A DNA stretch of 64,000 bases. It comes from Octopus bimaculoides (taxonomy: Eukaryota). The translations under genes were made by a program, and so were the position numbers. The notes under the pieces are model-generated. The model made no database searches and was not told the origin of the DNA. It was given only the letters and a program-made list of their open reading frames with translations. This document shows, one piece after another, positions 1 to 13,012 of this stretch. Position 1 is the stretch's first letter. Every line of letters begins with the position of its first letter. The DNA lies in contig NC_068989.1 of assembly GCF_001194135.2 (NCBI RefSeq), forward strand, positions 60,733,878-60,797,877, read 5' to 3'.

Positions 1-42
1 TCTCTTTCTCTCTATCTTTCTCTCTCTCTTTCTCTCTCTCTT

Positions 43-83
<41 letters not shown>

Positions 84-96
84 ATTTCTCTCTCTT

Positions 97-155
<59 letters not shown>

Positions 156-157
156 TA
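1..157. repeat. (TC)n followed by (TA)n microsatellite
   Basis: Direct reading of the sequence; explains the RERE/YIYI ORF 12..332. Confidence 0.97.
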
Positions 158-428
158 TAGCCTCAAGCCGACCAAAGCCTTGCGAGTGGATTTTGTACAC
201 GGTAACTGAAAGAAGACTCTCGTATATACGTACATATTTGTGTGTGTGTCTGTATTTGTACTCCCACCGTTGATTGACAACCAATGTTGCCGTGTTTACG
301 TTCCCATAACTTAGAGGTGTGGCAAAAGACACTGATAGAAAAAGTATAAATCCTGGGTTCGATTTGTTCTGCTAAAGGCAGTGCTCGAGCATGGCGGCAA
401 TCACATGACTGAAACAAGTAAAACAATA
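158..428 (+). mobile_element. SINE family 1, 5'-truncated copy
   Basis: Shares CCGACCAAAGCCTTG, ACTGAAAGAAG, TGACAACC and GCATGGC..CA..TGACTGAAACAAGTAAAA blocks with the copies at 22190-22512 and 26720-27176. Confidence 0.85.
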
Positions 429-3244
429 AAAAAACTATGCCATTTTAATTCCGAGCAACGCCAGTTATCTCTGCTATTTGGCACTAATTATGTCTATGTT
501 ATCGCAGTGGAATAAACAATAGAATGATGTCCTAAATATTTTACTTCAAATAACTTCGGGATCTCAGGATCCCTTTCGGCCTAAATTATGAGTTAAGTTC
601 AATGATCAATATAATACTTCCTTTTTCTTAAAGTTGAACCCTTCTGTTTTTTATATTTTGCAATAATTGTGGAATTCTAGAACCGTGCTTGTGTAATATA
701 TTTGGTTAACTTACTTGCAGAGCTTTCTTGTTTCTGGTGGTGGTTTAGAGTTCTGCTTATTCAATTAACAATATGTGCATTGAAAGTTATTTCTAAAATG
801 TTGGAAATGAAATGTGTTGCGTGTGTTATCTGTTTATTTTTTGTATCAGTCGAAAACTGCATAGAATATTGGAATGTGGGTTGTATTGGATGGTTCAGGA
901 AGTGTTCTCTAACGCTGCGTACTTACTATATGAAAGATGCTCCTTAATTTGAAGTGTCTTTTGAACATCCAAAGGTTGATGTTTGCGACAAAGACCACCA
1001 TGAGTTTCCTTGGATTTCGCTTCTTACCGTGAATATAGTAAGGTTGATTCAATCGTTTCGAATAGGAATGTGAATTATTGCAAGCAAGCTGTTCGAATGA
1101 TATTTTACTGCACACAAATAAAGAGAAAAAGTGTTTCTTTTTGCAACAAACCCACAAAAATTAGATTATATGATAATCCAGATGAGACGTATTACGTTCA
1201 TCCACTTTCAAAGAACAATAGAAACAAAGAGAAGTGAATTGCTTTGAACTGTGTTTACAAACAATACCATATTCTTTGAGAAATTATGATATCGTTCTCT
1301 TCGATGTTTATCTCATACCGCCAAAACGTAAAAGATAAAAATAGAAACATAGGCTCAAGGAGCTCGAAATGTCTTTCAACCACATGAGTATATTCATGAC
1401 TGAATATGATCAAACTTGCTCTCGGGCCACATTCACAGCCAGTTTTAAATATAGCACTATAGATCAACAAAACACGAGAAAATTTTAAAGAGTCTCCATT
1501 TTTAACTGAGGTGAATTAAAATTCTTTCTTGTACATGTCTGCATTTACGTGGACTGGATTAACGAGAGCGCGAAGATTTCTTTGTATGGCTAACATAAAA
1601 CTACATTGCTGTTTGGTAACATAACTATATAGCTGTCAGTGAATCGACCAAAGTTCACAGTTTAATTGCTGCATTCTATTATGAAATATAGAAAATTAAT
1701 ACTAATAATACCACAAAAATTGATATTAATAATATCACAATACTTCATTTGTCTAGACTGGATATTTTGTTTCAAATAATAGCTGTGTTTTGTAGATAAG
1801 GTGATGCTTTTATAATTTAAGTGATATATTTGTGGATGTTTTAAGCTTAAATGTTTATGAATTGTTTTATTGAGCTGATGTGTCGTCCGTGCTACTCTTT
1901 GGGAAGAATACTCCCCGCCTCTTTGATACTTTCCTTTATATTACTTTAATAATTTTTTCTCGTGATCTCTTTCTATGTACTCCACTGCTCAGTAGAAATG
2001 GTAGCCACTGATAGAATTGTCATTTATGTACTAAATGCAAATTTTGTCTATGTTATTTCCTTTTGAAGTTTTTCATTTTGTGTGGGTGCGTAATGGGGGA
2101 GATCTACGGATACAAACTCATACACATTCATTATCTATCTAGTTATCTATTTATGAATGACTCATCAGCTAACGTTTCTCTTATTTTATGTCTCTACGTC
2201 TTATGGTTGTTATGGGTGTCAATGTCGGCATGCCGATATTTTTGATATTTTACATATACCTTTGGTTTGAAACTTTTTGTCTCTTCTTCAGTAAAGATTT
2301 TCTTTTGATTAACGATCAAACAGAAGGAATTCTAATTTTAAATTCTTATTTAAAGAAAATGCAAACGTTGAATGTAATTTCACTGTGACCTTTATACATT
2401 TCTAATTGTTCACTCGTAGATTTATAACTCCATATTCAATGCATCGGTTGTGGAAAGCAACATCAATACAGCCAACTCATGAGAATGAAGTCTTTAACCT
2501 ATATTATCCACTATTATCTTTCCATTATAAATTCTAATTATCTTTACATTGTATTTACTGTGATGAACGGTTGGGAACGTGGATGCAATCTACTTTTATA
2601 GCTGTAGGCTGGTTGAATAGTATATGGACGATTTGTTATTCATATTCCCGCATAATCAATAATAGTTAATTCATTGCGTCATTAATGATCAAGCAATATG
2701 AAGCGTAGACTCCGGCCTTCAACTCGTCATTCACTGTGGCTTTCATTTCAGTAGTTTTGATATATTAGTTTGATTTCAATGTTTCTTTACATGCACAAAT
2801 TCGACAGCCAATATTTAATTTCGTGCTTATCTCCAAATTTTAAGATTTATGTAATTTGTTAATAACATCCGTTATCCTTTCTGTTGCATAATCTAATGTC
2901 CACTGTGATTGAGCAGGTGTGCTGTCAAATGTGTGCCATCCATGGCTATCCCACCTATTTCTTCATGTGTAATGCATTCAGGACATCAATATCAAATGTA
3001 TCAATCCACTTTTTCTGTATAACGGAGGAAAATTTGACTACTTTTCTAATAGGGTTGAGTGATCTAGCAGAAGCTTCTTTATTCTTCTTCTAGTACCATT
3101 TGAATATCATTAATTTTATCATTAATTGTACTTTCTCTGAATGTCGCTTGGATTTATGAGATTGCAGCGCATTTGTTAATAATGTTTATTAACTCTGGAA
3201 AAATAACTTTGTTTCTTCTGGCAATAGCTTACCTATTAGATTAT

Positions 3245-3380
3245 CCTGGTCGAATCAGTAAAACGGCAGACACGCTCAATAAGTTCTGCTTTAGGTTGCC
3301 GAGTTCGACTTTGCCATTTATCACTTGGAGTCGATAAAATAAGTACCAGTCGAGCGCAGGATTTATGTAATGGACTAACA
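3245..3380 (+). mobile_element. SINE family 2 fragment
   Basis: Central block TTCGACTTTGCCATTTATCACTTGGAGTCGATAAAATAAGTACCAG matches the copies at 7113, 12150, 42417 and 51910. Confidence 0.75.
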
Positions 3381-5099
3381 TTTTTACTCCATCACATGAA
3401 TCAAAAAGAAATTACAGGCATTTTGGCTATAGTAGAAAGAATTATATCATCATTGTCAAGAAACAATAACGTGAAATATTTCTTGTCAGAATATTTCCTT
3501 CCGAAACAGTTACAAGTACTATAATTTTGCGTAACTGTAGCTTCCAGTATCTGATATATTAATGAATTCATTACTACGATGAAAATACATAGATATCAGA
3601 CTTAAAGTACCATTGAAACAAAGGTGTAAAGTCTGCATAAAAGTAGGACCTATTCATCATTCGGTTTTTCATTTGTCGCGTTTACAACATGCATCGAATA
3701 AACCTTTATTCATTTTCTGACCTATTATATATTCTATATGGCATTCATTCACATGCTACCAAAATTATCGACTGAGCCATGAAAGGATTCCCAAATAATA
3801 GCAAGCATTATCTAGCTGAAATTTAGCTAGTCTTATCTCCCAATAATCATAGCAAATATCATCTCTAAAGCAATTGGCTCCTACAGTGTTGCAGTAAAGA
3901 AATCAGTAAAGCTAATCCTCAACAAAGTGTACACGATCTTCTCAAATAACTTTTATATAACAATGTTGAGGATTTCACGTAAAAACTCGTTTTCCTAAAT
4001 TCCATTCATATAACAGTAATTTATATGAAACAGTAAGCTTTGAAAGAAAACGTTTTAGCATAGATGTAAAGAGAAAATATTGTTTACATTTAATTGATTT
4101 GAGCTTCTGTTGTTTTACCAATATTTGATGCACATACATTCTCTCTGCGGCATATATTGCGAAGGAAATTGTAAACAAATAATCGAATGTTATACAATAT
4201 ACAATTGTTCTACATACAAAGTTGCGTATTAATACCAAATAGTATAAATCCACGCTAAATGTAATGATACACAAATTTTGCTGTGTATGTGCAAGTAGGC
4301 ATATATATATATATATGTGTGTGTGTGTGTATGTGTATATGTATGTACGTGTGTATATATGCATATGTGTGTGTATGTTTGTGTGTGTGTGTGTCTGTGT
4401 GTGTGTGTTTATGTGTGTGTATGTATGGCGGTGCCCCAGTATGACTGAAACATAAAAGAATACAAAAAAAACCATTTGTAATTTGCAATGAAAGCTTTCA
4501 AAGACTGCTCATTAATTGATTAAATGTGCTAATTTCTATCTTGTCAGAAAACCTACGCTGGAATTCCAACCAAAAGTATTTAAAACACGTTTATGCATAA
4601 GTAAGTTCCTACGTACATATGTAAACAAATGAGAAAATATTTAGCTAAAATCTTTTTATAGTGTTGAAATTACCGACAAGATTATCAGATTACTAATTTC
4701 TTAGAGTAACTCCAGGATATACATTTGTATGAACGTCATATTCTCGAATCAATGGATACTAAGTAATAAACCCAGGGAAATAAAAACAAATAAAAGTTTT
4801 CACCTTGAAGTGGAGATATATGCTACGAAATATTGAGGAAAGATAAATATATGGAACATCAGGGTGCCACTTAGAACCAGAACAAACATAAACGATGAAA
4901 TTGAATATGAATGTGAGAAATAAAATTAAGCACAAACATTTTAATGTATTTTCTTATTTGTGTTTATAATACACATTTATTATGAATCATCATTCATTTA
5001 CTCACGTGGAGCATTACTTTAAAATACTAATTTATTCCTATTGAAATATTATGGATAGTAATTTGAGATGATGCAGATATAATGTTAACAATAAGAATT

Positions 5100-5900
5100 A
5101 AACAACTTGGACTGTGTCGTTTAATGGTTGCTAACAATTATATATGGTAAACACAAGTTGTAGTAGTAGTTGTGTATATTAGCTCCAATGTAGGTCTTAT
5201 TGAGCAGACTCATGGTCGAAGATATCGGTAACATAGAATTTAACATACTTTAATGCGCTTAGTTCATTGATTTGTGTGTCATTATTTCAGGAAGCTGGTA
5301 GTGGCTTTCATCTTCATTGATGGTCATGTATGCTGTCTTCTTTGTATATGAAACATAAATTGACCTTGACAGCAACATTTTCAAGCGATGCTGACAAGTA
5401 CTTTTCATCCCGGAGTTGAGCTGTGCGATCATCCGTATGTTTAAAGTCCTATATATATATATATATATACATATAGGTTCTGCTAACATTTTAATCACTT
5501 TTAATTGATGATTAGGTGTTTGTCTTTGTCTTGGATTCCTGAGAATGTAGACCGCTACGATCACGAAGAGGAAAGAAACTTGAGTGTTTCCTTGAACAAT
5601 TCCAGTTTTTTGTTCGGCTCGTCTGTACTTTGCCTAAAAGTTGTTTTTGGCAATCTCTCCCTGAATAGCAATGCTCAATAGGATATGAAAAATTCTTCTT
5701 TTCATTTATATTATCAAATGTTAATGAAAATAGGAATGATTTCCTTACACTGACTTCAAAATAACTGGCAAGCTGGTACTTGAAATTCAACAAGGCTTTT
5801 TTTTACTCAGAGAAACGTGTAGAGCATTCCTCAACATCGTACCGAAACATGAACTATAAAACAGTTTCAAGGTGTCTTTGAGGGTATATGCACCTGGCTT
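5100..5900 (-). mobile_element. Degenerate RTE-like non-LTR retrotransposon reverse transcriptase relic
   Basis: Minus-strand peptides TGIVQGNTQVSFLFVIVAVYILR (cf. GVLQGDTLAPFLFVIVLDYILR, RT domain 4), DFKHTDD (cf. DLDYADD), KKTAYMTIN and TMLRNALHVS. Many stops and frameshifts. Confidence 0.7.
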
Positions 5901-7112
5901 CTCGTGACAGATCAACTTATGTGATGGTGAGATCACAAGACCAAACAAGGAGAGTTATGGACACATTCAGTACCTCTCTAGATCTTTACTTTTCTTGCTC
6001 AACGTAGAATAGACTCTGTTGGTTACATTTACCGTGATGAGCACGAGGCCGTATTGAATGTTATATTCTGCTGACTTTGTTACATAATACAACTTTGGTA
6101 CAAAAATCAACTCAGCTACATTCATGTGATTCTTAGTAGACACATGAAATTGAGGAGTTACCAAAATTTATAGAGGATGACAACTTCTGGTAAGGGATTG
6201 GGTGAGGTGTATCGCTTGGAGCCGTTTGGTGACGAATCTTGACCACCCTAGTCTCTTGTCTATATCAACGACTAGATCACCCAATACTTTCTTTACTTAA
6301 AATAGTGGGATATAATTTAAGATTATACTTTTATTTTTAGCAAGGCACATGACCAAGTAAAGGATGTCCCTTTAAATGCATGCAATAGTGAGCAGGGTCA
6401 TTCTTTATAATACGATAGTTCTCAATATATAAGGCTTTGGAACTCATGATCTGTCATCTGAAATTTGTCAGCGAAATTTGAAGTCCTAATTTGCCTACTA
6501 TTTCTAGAAGGTCATGTGACACCATAGTGGCTCCGTTGACGGAATTTATTTGTGTCAGTTTTTGATTTTATTTATAACTTAACGATAGTGAACATTGCAT
6601 AACGAATATTATGGGTCAATAACATAAATACCAGCCAAATATCTTGTTGACGATAGTTCTCTATCAAAATATGAGACTTTTTTATATTACCGATGGCAAA
6701 ATTAATCCCTCACTCGGTTTGAATTCATCATATAATCTTCGGCAATCCATTCTGTTGTAAGTATTAGGACCTGCTCTCCGATTTGGGGACAGCATGTCTC
6801 GTTTTCCCCAGTCTTGGCGTCTCTAAATGTGGTCATAACTCTTCCCTTCTAGTCATGAACAGAAGGTTTTTGATTTCGTACCTGTTCTATCAGTTTAGGT
6901 AGTAACCTAGAGCTAATCAAGAAATCATGTTTAAGGATTCAGTAAACAAGTGTACCTGTACAAAAAGTGAAAAGCTGCATCTCATATCTCCCTCAAATGA
7001 AAACCTATTAATGCGCATAGTCCCCATACATGGTGGGGGAAACAGGGCTGAGATGTCACTGGAATTAGTCAAGGTTAACTTAAAGTTGATCAATAATTAT
7101 ATGCTTTAACAA

Positions 7113-7326
7113 GGAGGCGAGTTGGCAGAATCGCTAGCACGCCGTTTGAAATGTTTAGCAGTATTTCATCCGTCTTCATATTCTGAGTTCAAATTCCTCG
7201 GAGATCGACTTTGTCTTTCATCATTTCGGTGTTGATATAATAAGTACCAGTTGAGGACTGGAATCGATGCAATGAACTTAACCCCTTCCCCAAAATTGCT
7301 GGCCTTGTTCCAAAATTTGAAACCAA
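7113..7326 (+). mobile_element. SINE family 2, near full length
   Basis: GGAGGCGAGTTGGCAGAATCGCTAGCAC head, GAGTTCAAATTCC B-box-like motif, CTTTCATCATTTCGGTGTTGATATAATAAGTACCAG core and GGCCTTGTTCCAAAATTTGAAACC tail; five or more homologues in the window. Confidence 0.9.
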
Positions 7327-8709
7327 TAATTGCATGCTATTGTTGTTAGAACAAAAGGAAATAAAATGTTATTTTTTAGTTGTTTACTCTAGAAGTAGAA
7401 TAAAATAGAAGCCTTGCATATGGTAAGTGGTATTCTGCCTGTGACCATCCCATATAAGTACTAATTTGCTTAATGTTTTCTTCATTAATTTAAGACAGTG
7501 AGGAAAATTTGAAGTCCTAATTTGACTACTATTTCTAGAAGGAAATGTGAGACCGTAGTGGTTCCGTTTTTTGGTTTATTAAAAGGAATTGAGCAAAAAT
7601 TGAGGATGTAATCGGTTTTTAAAACTTCATATAAAGATAGCTACAAATTATCTTTTGCTTATTTAGCCTAATTGTCTCATTTTTAATATGGGTGAATGTG
7701 TTAATATTTTCATGACGTTTCATGTACAGAAGCACGGCGCCATAATAGTAAAAGTCGCATTTGAAATCCACCTTCTTAAAAGATGAACGAGTGATGAGTG
7801 CAAATGGGAGATAATGATAGATGCATTTTAGAAAAAGAGAAAACCTTGTGTAAATTTATAAAAGTTTAGAAAAAAAAAACAGTAAACGATAGCGGAGGAA
7901 ATAGAGAGATAAAGTGAGATTGAAAGAGAGGAAGATAAATTAAAGCGAAAAGCAATAGCCTAAATAAAACAAAGAACTTCATTAATTCAGTAAATTGGTT
8001 GTAAATTATGTAGCTGTATTGCATCCCTAGGGCAGCATAATTGTAAATAAGAGCCTTTAGAGAAGTGTCCACACGCATACACGCATATAATCTCTCTCTC
8101 TGTCACACACGCACAAAAATCGGTCCAGCAAATATAGCTAAACTGTCATCACTATTATGAATACTTTCTAGTTTTATTGATACACTCACACATTAGGTTT
8201 TCCGTATTTACTGACAACTGACAAAATCTCTTTGGATATTTTTTTTTCCTTTCGCCAACTGTTAGTTTTTCTTAATTCACTGAATGTTACCCCAAAAGAA
8301 AATAATCACAGCGAGCAATATCTGCTTTCAAACATAAATAAATATTCTTTATGCTATAAGAATGACTTTCTATAAAATATTTCTATACATTTACAGAGTC
8401 CGATCAATATTTTAGCAATTCAAAATATTGTTTAAAAAAAAGTAAGATGTATTAGAATTATCATGATGGCATTCAGTTCTTTGTTCCTGTCGATCAGCAT
8501 TCATTTGAAACGCACTATATGGGTGAAATCGCTTCCTTTCACGGATATTTCTTATTGTTCAATTATTCACAGAAACTAATAAATTAAATTCTTCCATTCA
8601 AATTTCTCGAGTATATGAAAGAAATATTTCATGGTTATTATTCTTTTCAGCAATATTTCTCTTAAGATATCATGTTTCCTATTTTCTACAGAACTATCCA
8701 TCTATCAAT

Positions 8710-8716
8710 CACTCAT

Positions 8717-8806
<90 letters not shown>

Positions 8807-8881
8807 CGTTTGTCTGTCTGTCTGTCTATCTGTCTGTCTCTTTGTCTGTCTTTCTGTCTGTCTGTCTGTCTTTCTGTCTGT

Positions 8882-8941
<60 letters not shown>

Positions 8942-8960
8942 ATTATATCTGTCTGTCTGC
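8710..8960. repeat. Compound (TCTA)n/(TCTG)n microsatellite
   Basis: Direct reading; explains the SIYL/SVCL ORFs. Confidence 0.97.
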
Positions 8961-9825
8961 CAATGTCCCTGTACATCTGAAAATTAATTTCCCACTACAT
9001 CCTATTAGAAAAACACGTATATGTTACAAGTTTGTGTTTCTTGCAAAATCTCATACGTGTGAATTCACACACATAAACACATACACACACTCATTTTCAT
9101 ACATATTTACTTCCTAAAATATGTAAATAGTCTAATCCTATGCCTAAGCGTATGTTACGCTATGAGAAGGAGAGACAGAGGAAGGGAGAGAGATAGAGAC
9201 TGACAGACAGACATTCCGACAGAGAAGAAATATGAATGATGTAGTAAAGTAAGAGTGTTTTTTTACTGGATTAAATGCGTATCATAAAGGAATGACTCAA
9301 TTACAAACTTCCGGAAAGGAACAAAAAATATCCAGTCGTATAATGAGTGAAAAAAATTTTCATTAGATCATTAGAATAAATCGGGTAATGACATCAATTT
9401 TCAGATTTTCGTTTTCGACTAAGGTACTAATAATTGTATAGAAAATGTAATGTTAGGGTAATAAGTACATGTTAGAAGAAGTCTTCAAGATAAAATATCG
9501 TGGTTGTTGATTTTATCAGGCGGGGGATATTATCTGTACCAAATCATATTTGAGAATGTTTCATAGAAGATTAATGGCCCGCGCGATGTATTTTCAGACA
9601 CCATGCTCGTATGGGATCAGCTGTAAAGTTTATTTAAAGTTCGTTGTTTCCAACAGATCTACAGAAGTATATTTATACAGTGGCGTGACGGGAGTATTCC
9701 TCAGGATATCTAAAATGGTTTATAGACATGAAAATAAATAAACTTCATATTCAGGAAAAAATTGCAAATTTTGATACAAATAGACATATATAAAGTGGAA
9801 TAGAAGGTAACGCAAAAATAGACTA

Positions 9826-9885
<60 letters not shown>

Positions 9886-10567
9886 NNNNNNNNNNNNNNN
9901 NNNNNNNNNNNNNNNNNNNNNNNNNNNNNNNNNNNNNNNNNNNNNNNNNNNNNNNNNNNNNNNNNNNNNNNNNNNNNNNNNNNNNNNNNNNNNNNNNNNN
10001 NNNNNNNNNNNNNNNNNNNNNNNNNNNNNNNNNNNNNNNNNNNNNNNNNNNNNNNNNNNNNNNNNNNNNNNNNNNNNNNNNNNNNNNNNNNNNNNNNNNN
10101 NNNNNNNNNNNNNNNNNNNNNNNNNNNNNNNNNNNNNNNNNNNNNNNNNNNNNNNNNNNNNNNNNNNNNNNNNNNNNNNNNNNNNNNNNNNNNNNCTTGA
10201 AGGTTAAGGATTATGTTTAATAAAATTAAGTATAAGTAGGATATTTAATATGATATAACAAGAAAATTAAGAAGGTATAGGTTAATAATTATGAAATAAA
10301 TAATAAACCAGAAATGTTATTGAATACCTCAAAAAAAAAAAAGAATACTCTTCTAAATTAGCAAATAGGTGGACTATGATGCTGAGGGACCCTTAACCTT
10401 GACCTATTATAAAACCAAACCCAACAATAAATACCTAACTAACCGAGATAATCTTCAGGTTACGAGGAAATATATCTATTTTTAGTAACACCAACACTTC
10501 CTAAAAGATTCCTAATCGGTCAGTCTCATAGCACTCTTCAGATGATCTTCGAACGGCAGCAAACAAA

Positions 10568-10654
10568 GGACCCTGAAGAAGCTGCACCGAAAATTAACAC
10601 CAATATGCACACAAAGAAGTCGGTAGCGGATGCAGCCGAAACGTGCATAGGTCC
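10568..10654 (+). ncRNA. Minimal type I hammerhead ribozyme motif, probably a Penelope-like terminal-repeat relic
   Basis: Helix I GGACC (10568-72)/GGTCC (10650-54); core CTGAAGA (10573-79); helix II GCTGCA-CCG (10581-89)/CGGATGCAGC (10627-36); GAAA (10638-41); short helix III CGTGCA; UH = TA (10648-49). A.C mismatch at the base of helix II. Confidence 0.7.
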
Positions 10655-10754
10655 AAGGGAAGAATGCTTCAAATAACTGTATAAGATATGGATGTGTAAA
10701 TCTCCGTTCTCCTGATCTTTATAAATTCCATTACACACACACACATAATAAAGA

Positions 10755-10820
10755 GGAAGAAGAAGAAAAGAAGAAAAAGAAGAAGAAGAAGAAGAAGAAG
10801 AAGAAGAAGAAGAAGAAGAG
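10755..10820. repeat. (GAA)n microsatellite
   Basis: Direct reading; explains the poly-Ser ORF 10538..10825. Confidence 0.95.
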
Positions 10821-11205
10821 AACAAAGGAGATTAAAAAATCCAGGCAGATATCAATAAATCACTCAGTTTTAAACGTATTTGGTTGACTATATTCAACAA
10901 CCAGATATCAATAAATTCGAGTTGAATACAAGGTAATTCCTGGTGTATGACAAGTAGATCCAAATATCTTCGAGAAATTTAGAGAATTAGACAACAAAAA
11001 TGCGTATGGAGAAAATCGCATTTTTAATTATAGAATTCATCTTACAAAGATGACAATTGTTTCTATTGTGTTTACGTATTTAGAAACAGAAAATAACATT
11101 GAATTTTAATATTTCCGAAAATACATGTTAACAAATTTTCAGAGATACGTGTGTATAAATACACACGTATTTATATAGACACACGCACACACACACACAC
11201 ACACA

Positions 11206-11261
<56 letters not shown>

Positions 11262-12149
11262 NNNNNNNNNNNNNNNNNNNNNNNNNNNNNNNNNNNNNNN
11301 NNNNNNNNNNNNNNNNNNNNNNNNNNNNNNNNNNNNNNNNNNNNNNNNNNNNNNNNNNNNNNNNNNNNNNNNNNNNNNNNNNNNNNNNNNNNNNNNNNNN
11401 NNNNNNNNNNNNNNNNNNNNNNNNNNNNNNNNNNNNNNNNNNNNNNNNNNNNNNNNNNNNNNNNNNNNNNNNNNNNNNNNNNNNNNNNNNNNNNNNNNNN
11501 NNNNNNNNNNNNNNNNNNNNNNNNNNNNNNNNNNNNNNNNNNNNNNNNNNNNNNNNNNNNNNNNNNNNNNNNNNNNNNNNNNNNNNNNNNNNNNNNNNNN
11601 NNNNNNNNNNNNNNNNNNNNNNNNNNNNNNNNNNNNNNNNNNNNNNNNNNNNNNNNNNNNNNNNNNNNNNNNNNNNNNNNNNNNNNNNNNNNNNNNNNNN
11701 NNNNNNATATATATGGGAGAATTTACGAAAAAAACAACAACAGACGAGGACAGGTGGTGTAAACAACAAAAGGATGTATTAGTTTAATATATATATACAC
11801 TTGTCCATGTACGCTTGATGAACATTTTTCTTCTGGGACTTTTTTACTCTGGACTCGCTCAGAAATACGGATCTTCTTTCTCTCTCGTCCTGGTAGTCTG
11901 GCTCACACAGTATCCCAAACCAGGCCATCATTGTTCACAAATTCTTGTTTTTATGTTAAAAAGCATTGCAAAATGTAAACTATTTCATAGTTTAAATTTA
12001 AACTATTAGATGCCAACCACATTCTCCGCTACTGGAACTACTGGATCACTCTATTTTATTGAAGCCCGTAAGAACATATCTCCTCATTACCCGACTCTAA
12101 TACTTATTTCCAGATAAGTAGTTGAAATTTAGAATCAATTGTACATCGG

Positions 12150-12315
12150 GCTAAGTGCATTTTGTCCGTCTTTATGCCCTGACTTCAAATTCCACCGAGG
12201 TCAACTTTGCATTTCATTCTTCAGAGTCGACAAAATAAGCACCAGTTGAGTACTGGGGTCGATGTAATCGACTTACCCACTACTTCGAACGGTTGGCTTT
12301 TTGCCAAAATTTGAT
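12150..12315 (+). mobile_element. SINE family 2, 5'-degenerate copy
   Basis: TTCAAATTCCACCGAGGTCAACTTTGCATTTCATTCTTCAGAGTCGACAAAATAAGCACCAGTTGAGTACTGGGGTCGATGTAATCGAC core. Confidence 0.85.
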
Positions 12316-12960
12316 TGCAATATTTATTTCCAGATACGATCTTCCTACAATACGTTAATAATATATACTACTGGTGCTAGAGAGTATAAAATATAAGTGG
12401 AAATGTAAGAAAATTAAGTAATATTACTTGAGAGTAAGAAATTTAAGTGAAAATTTAAATGAAATAACTAAGAGATTCTAAATTAACCCAATAAGTTATT
12501 TTTACTTATTTGAAATTCAAACATTACCAGTGAAGGATACTGGATTCTTCTTATTCATTTCTAAGTTGTAAAGATTATATTATTTTGTTACTAGTTACGT
12601 TTTTTCTGTTTTTGCCTTATGGACATTAAGTCGAGCAAGCATGTTTTATTAAATTAAACATAACATTCGCTCAAAGCTACACGGATATTTTAAAAGAATT
12701 TCATGATTCGGATGTTCTATAAAGTTTCTGTAATTAACGGCTATTTTAAAATTATGTTGCAAGGCATAATTAGTAATTAAACTTAGGTTGTATATCAGAT
12801 TTATAAATTTCTCCATATGGAGGAAAATACAGATTTTATATATGTAATATATTCCTGTCTGTGAACGAATAAGAAATTGATTATATGTACCCTAATTATT
12901 TTATCTCAGAATGTAACTAAATGATGCGGGTAAAGAAGAACATAAACACTCGTACACATT

Positions 12961-13012
<52 letters not shown>

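Noticed and set aside
900-3200. Coding-like minus-strand stretches (e.g. ETHGGLCRKHQPLDVQKTLQIKEHLSYSKY; VGCIDVAFHNRCIEY)
   Set aside because: Riddled with stops and I cannot assign a family; probably an old transposon relic. BLASTx would decide.
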